Source of the DNA: Alloascoidea hylecoeti
Taxonomy: Eukaryota
Reading direction: 5' to 3'
NCBI GenBank assembly: GCA_001600815.1
Contig: BCKZ01000002.1
Span: forward strand, 558,001 to 622,000
DNA: 64,000 nucleotides
Part shown: positions 60,563-64,000 of the stretch, piece by piece
How the letters are laid out: each line of letters begins with the position of its first letter
Position numbering within the stretch: position 1 is the stretch's first letter
Notes under the pieces: generated by a model
Seen by the model: the letters and a program-made list of their open reading frames with translations, nothing else
Told to the model about the DNA's origin: nothing
The model's database searches: none
Made by a program: the position numbers and the translations under genes

Positions 60563-61779
60563 TTGTACTGGTACGCAATGTTACTACATAATAGTACACA
60601 TACATTCGATTAGTTATAAAATACTCTATGATATTGAATTTATAAAGATATCATATGGGTATAAGTTATACTTTTACTATTATGAAACATTAAACTACAT
60701 TAATATTAATAATATGAATATTCTCTTAAATTTCAAAAATATATATTAAATGAATTTCAGAAAACTAAATATAACTACAGAAACATATAATTATAAAGCA
60801 AATCTAACTCTTTTACAAAGAACTGTAACTGTTCTTACTTGACTAGTGCTAAAATGATGATTAACTACTTCATCTTCGTCATCACCCCCTTTAAAACCAT
60901 GGGAAAAGCATTTCTGTAGAAAAAAAACAATTTGATGTTCCTGTTCTTCGGAACAAAGAGATATTGAAGTGTCAATATTTTCAAGTTTGGGGCTATCTCT
61001 ATGACAGAATACTTCTTTTTCGTCGGCTGAAATATCTTTATTGATATTTAATATTTTTCAGTTCTACTTTTGAAGCTGATTGGGACCTCGACTTCGGTCA
61101 GAACAAAATAATACGAATCATTAGAATTAAATGGGGAAGAAATTTCAGTCTCAATTTTATTGGGGTTTGAACATTTTTTAGTTCTAATTCCAATGCTGGT
61201 TGGAAACTTGACGTCAATGGTAACAAAATAATAAGAATCATCTTCATCAGAATCATGAGAATGAAATGAAGAAATTTCAGCTAGAAATGATTTAATATCA
61301 ATAAAGATATTTCAGCCGACGAAAAAGAAGTATTCTGTCATAGAGATAGCCCCAAACTTGAAAATATTGACACTTCAATATCTCTTTGTTCCGAAGAACA
61401 GGAACATCAAATTGTTTTTTTTCTACAGAAATGCTTTTCCCATGGTTTTAAAGGGGGTGATGACGAAGATGAAGTAGTTAATCATCATTTTAGCACTAGT
61501 CAAGTAAGAACAGTTACAGTTCTTTGTAAAAGAGTTAGATTTGCTTTATAATTATATGTTTCTGTAGTTATATTTAGTTTTCTGAAATTCATTTAATATA
61601 TATTTTTGAAATTTAAGAGAATATTCATATTATTAATATTAATGTAGTTTAATGTTTCATAATAGTAAAAGTATAACTTATACCCATATGATATCTTTAT
61701 AAATTCAATATCATAGAGTATTTTATAACTAATCGAATGTATGTGTACTATTATGTAGTAACATTGCGTACCAGTACAA
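60563..61779. repeat. 486-bp inverted repeat (60563-61048 / 61294-61779) with a 245-bp spacer
   Basis: Arms are exact reverse complements wherever checked, including the A8/T8 run. End coordinates are symmetric, so there is no net indel. Confidence 0.95.
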
Positions 61780-62759
61780 ATACTCTTATATGTTAATAAA
61801 ATTTATTGTTTTTAAATCCAATCGCAATATATTTTATGATCAGTGTTATAAGAAAGCTTCGAAATTACATACGTAGAACCAAGATATAATATTAATTTGT
61901 ATAATTCCACTTTATTGCAATCAATTATATTCCATATATCCTATATCTATGCGATTGCAAGATCCACAATACTTAATTAATCATATTCACTAATAATAAT
62001 AAATATTTTAAGGTGATAACTAGCATGTTATATCATCTATTTTTACACATATAATCACATTAAATATTAATATAAGCACACTGAGTACAGTAGCAATTGA
62101 TTTTTAACAAAAGGGTATAAAGACAATTGAAAGAATTATATTTTTTTCCAATCTTAAATCTAAATTCAAATTCTAGCTAGATCTATATATCTTATAGTCC
62201 AATAGAATCACCATCGAGTTCCTTAGAATTGAGCACCGTATTTTTTTCGAATTCAGACTAATACCTCCATGGATAACTCTTTTAGCAAGAAAAATATTTC
62301 CATCATCAACCAGGGTACATAAAATAACTTAATTAACTGGAGTACTTGAAATTGGCTTAGTATTTAAGCTACTTCATCTTGATACATCATAATAATCCTT
62401 ATGATTACAATTACTAGTAAACCGATATCCACTCTCTTGTCTTTTTGATTTATCATTTCCATCATCTTAATACTCATGGTCATCCATATTAAGAATCCTA
62501 TTGAAGTCCCAGTTAAAAGTATAATTTTCCAAAACATCAGTGATATGAATTCAGATAAAGTTGAAACTTCTTGTAGGGGAGGAAACTTAAGATCGTTGTA
62601 AAGAATTATTGATATCATTTTGGTGAATTCAACGAAGAGTAATATAATGAAACGTAAACGATATTAAAACTGTAGAGAAGTTTAGCCCTATTTATACAAC
62701 TAAGTGAGGCAGATATATATACGGGATTTTTAGAGAGTTTGGTCATGGGCTTGAAGGCA

Positions 62760-63900
62760 ATTTATGCGGAATGGTTTTATGTAGTTGATATCATATTATC
62801 AAATCTATAAAAAAATCAATAAAATATGTGGGATATTAAAGTTACACCAGGAAAATGTCTACTTTTACAAAAAGCACTCTATGGGCTACCTAAAAGTGGT
62901 GAACTTTGGCAGAAACATCTAAATAATAAATTGGTCAACTTAAGTTTCCATCCAACTATTGATGCCAATTCTAAGTATGAAATACTTGTATATAAAATCT
63001 CATTGATAGCTTTTAAAATATCACCAACCAATCTTGACTTTATTTTAAAATTATTAAAACAAGACTTTAATATTCAGGAGCTAGGTACATATAATAAAAT
63101 ATTTTTTAAGAATTCATTTTTATTATGATAAATCTGAAAATCTAAGATTACAGCTACATTACATTAAAAATGTTGTTGACTAGTTTCGTAATAATATTCA
63201 TAATCCACCTTTAAATGGAGATTTTGCAGAATATTGTCTAAAATTCGAAAGGTTGTATCAAATAGTTCTGGACTGTCTCATCTAGACAGTGGACACAATG
63301 TTCTCGACCAGATATTCTCTTTCGATCAAATTATTTGGCGAAATACATTTGTAAATTTTGGTCGTGTAAATTCTACAGCCCATATCTATTATGTAGAATT
63401 GTGATGTTTCTTCAGCAGCATCATAAGGAGATAATTTTTTACTATGATATTGCAATTCAGATTGATATTATGCCCTATGCCGATTTTGCATCTGATCCTT
63501 TATAAAGATACTCAGGATCTGAGTATATTGCCTGATCTGGTCATAACAATATCTTATCAATAATAACACCAAGATGTATTTATTATTGTCTCTACATTTA
63601 ACTGAGAGTGATAACATTTTAAGGTGCATTAAAGAGAGATATTCCAATCATAAATTTATACGAGAACCTGATGTATTTAATTATAACATAAGTGTGTTTC
63701 ATGGAAAACATTATATTATGATAACTCCAGCACTATCATACAAGTTTTATTGGTAAATGTTATCAAGCATGCTAAACACTTGTAGATAAGAAAATTATAT
63801 TTAAAACAATATTAATAAACAAATTGAACTTCTAAACATTCTGAGTCAATAAAACCTAGCAAATATTCTCACTAGACCAACCAATTTGAAAGTGTTTCAA
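62760..63900 (+). mobile_element. Decayed Ty1/copia-type (possibly Ty5-like) pol remnant, RT-RNase H
   Basis: Collinear motifs LQKALYGLPKSGELW (in ORF 62826-63128), FNIQELG, CSRPDIL (~63299), ADFASD (~63479), KHI and NLANILTRP (~63853), broken by stops and frameshifts. Confidence 0.85.
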
Positions 63901-64000
63901 AATTTATCATTCTTATTGTTCAACAATTATATCTGAATTATATTTAGATGTTACTCACTTCACGCGATTTGAATTCACCCTCTATCGATATAAGTCTGAA

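Overview
AT-rich eukaryotic DNA from a budding yeast (Saccharomycotina), not a prokaryote. Short spliceosomal introns with degenerate branch points, CUG read as Leu, complex I genes and a tripartite histone H1 suggest a non-CTG, relatively early-branching lineage (inference). I can support about 24 protein genes, several of them spliced and missed or truncated by the ORF track: GYP2/MDR1, KES1/OSH4, RPL33, NDUFA1, MGE1, RFC1, TBF1, HHO1, a Pes4/Mip6-like RRM protein, NFU1, PSE1, a presequence-less MnSOD, an F-box/WD40 protein, a Zn2Cys6 factor, NDUFAF3, HSH49, MGR2, PDCD5/SDD2, SPB1, an MFS transporter, RGT1, a beta-lactamase-family esterase and GAPDH. There are also two tRNAs (Arg-CCU, Gln-UUG), LTR-like repeats upstream of tRNA-Gln, and a decayed Ty1/copia pol. 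The main unexplained structures are: (1) a ~700-nt extensively self-pairing non-coding region at 40.4-41.1 kb with an Sm-like site and Reb1/Tbf1 motifs upstream, a candidate large ncRNA and possibly telomerase RNA; (2) a 486-bp inverted repeat at 60.6-61.8 kb, perfect where checked; (3) a 15-nt microexon carrying a zinc-ligand Cys in RGT1; (4) a cytosolic-type MnSOD. All identifications are by eye from sequence and remembered protein families; no searches were run.
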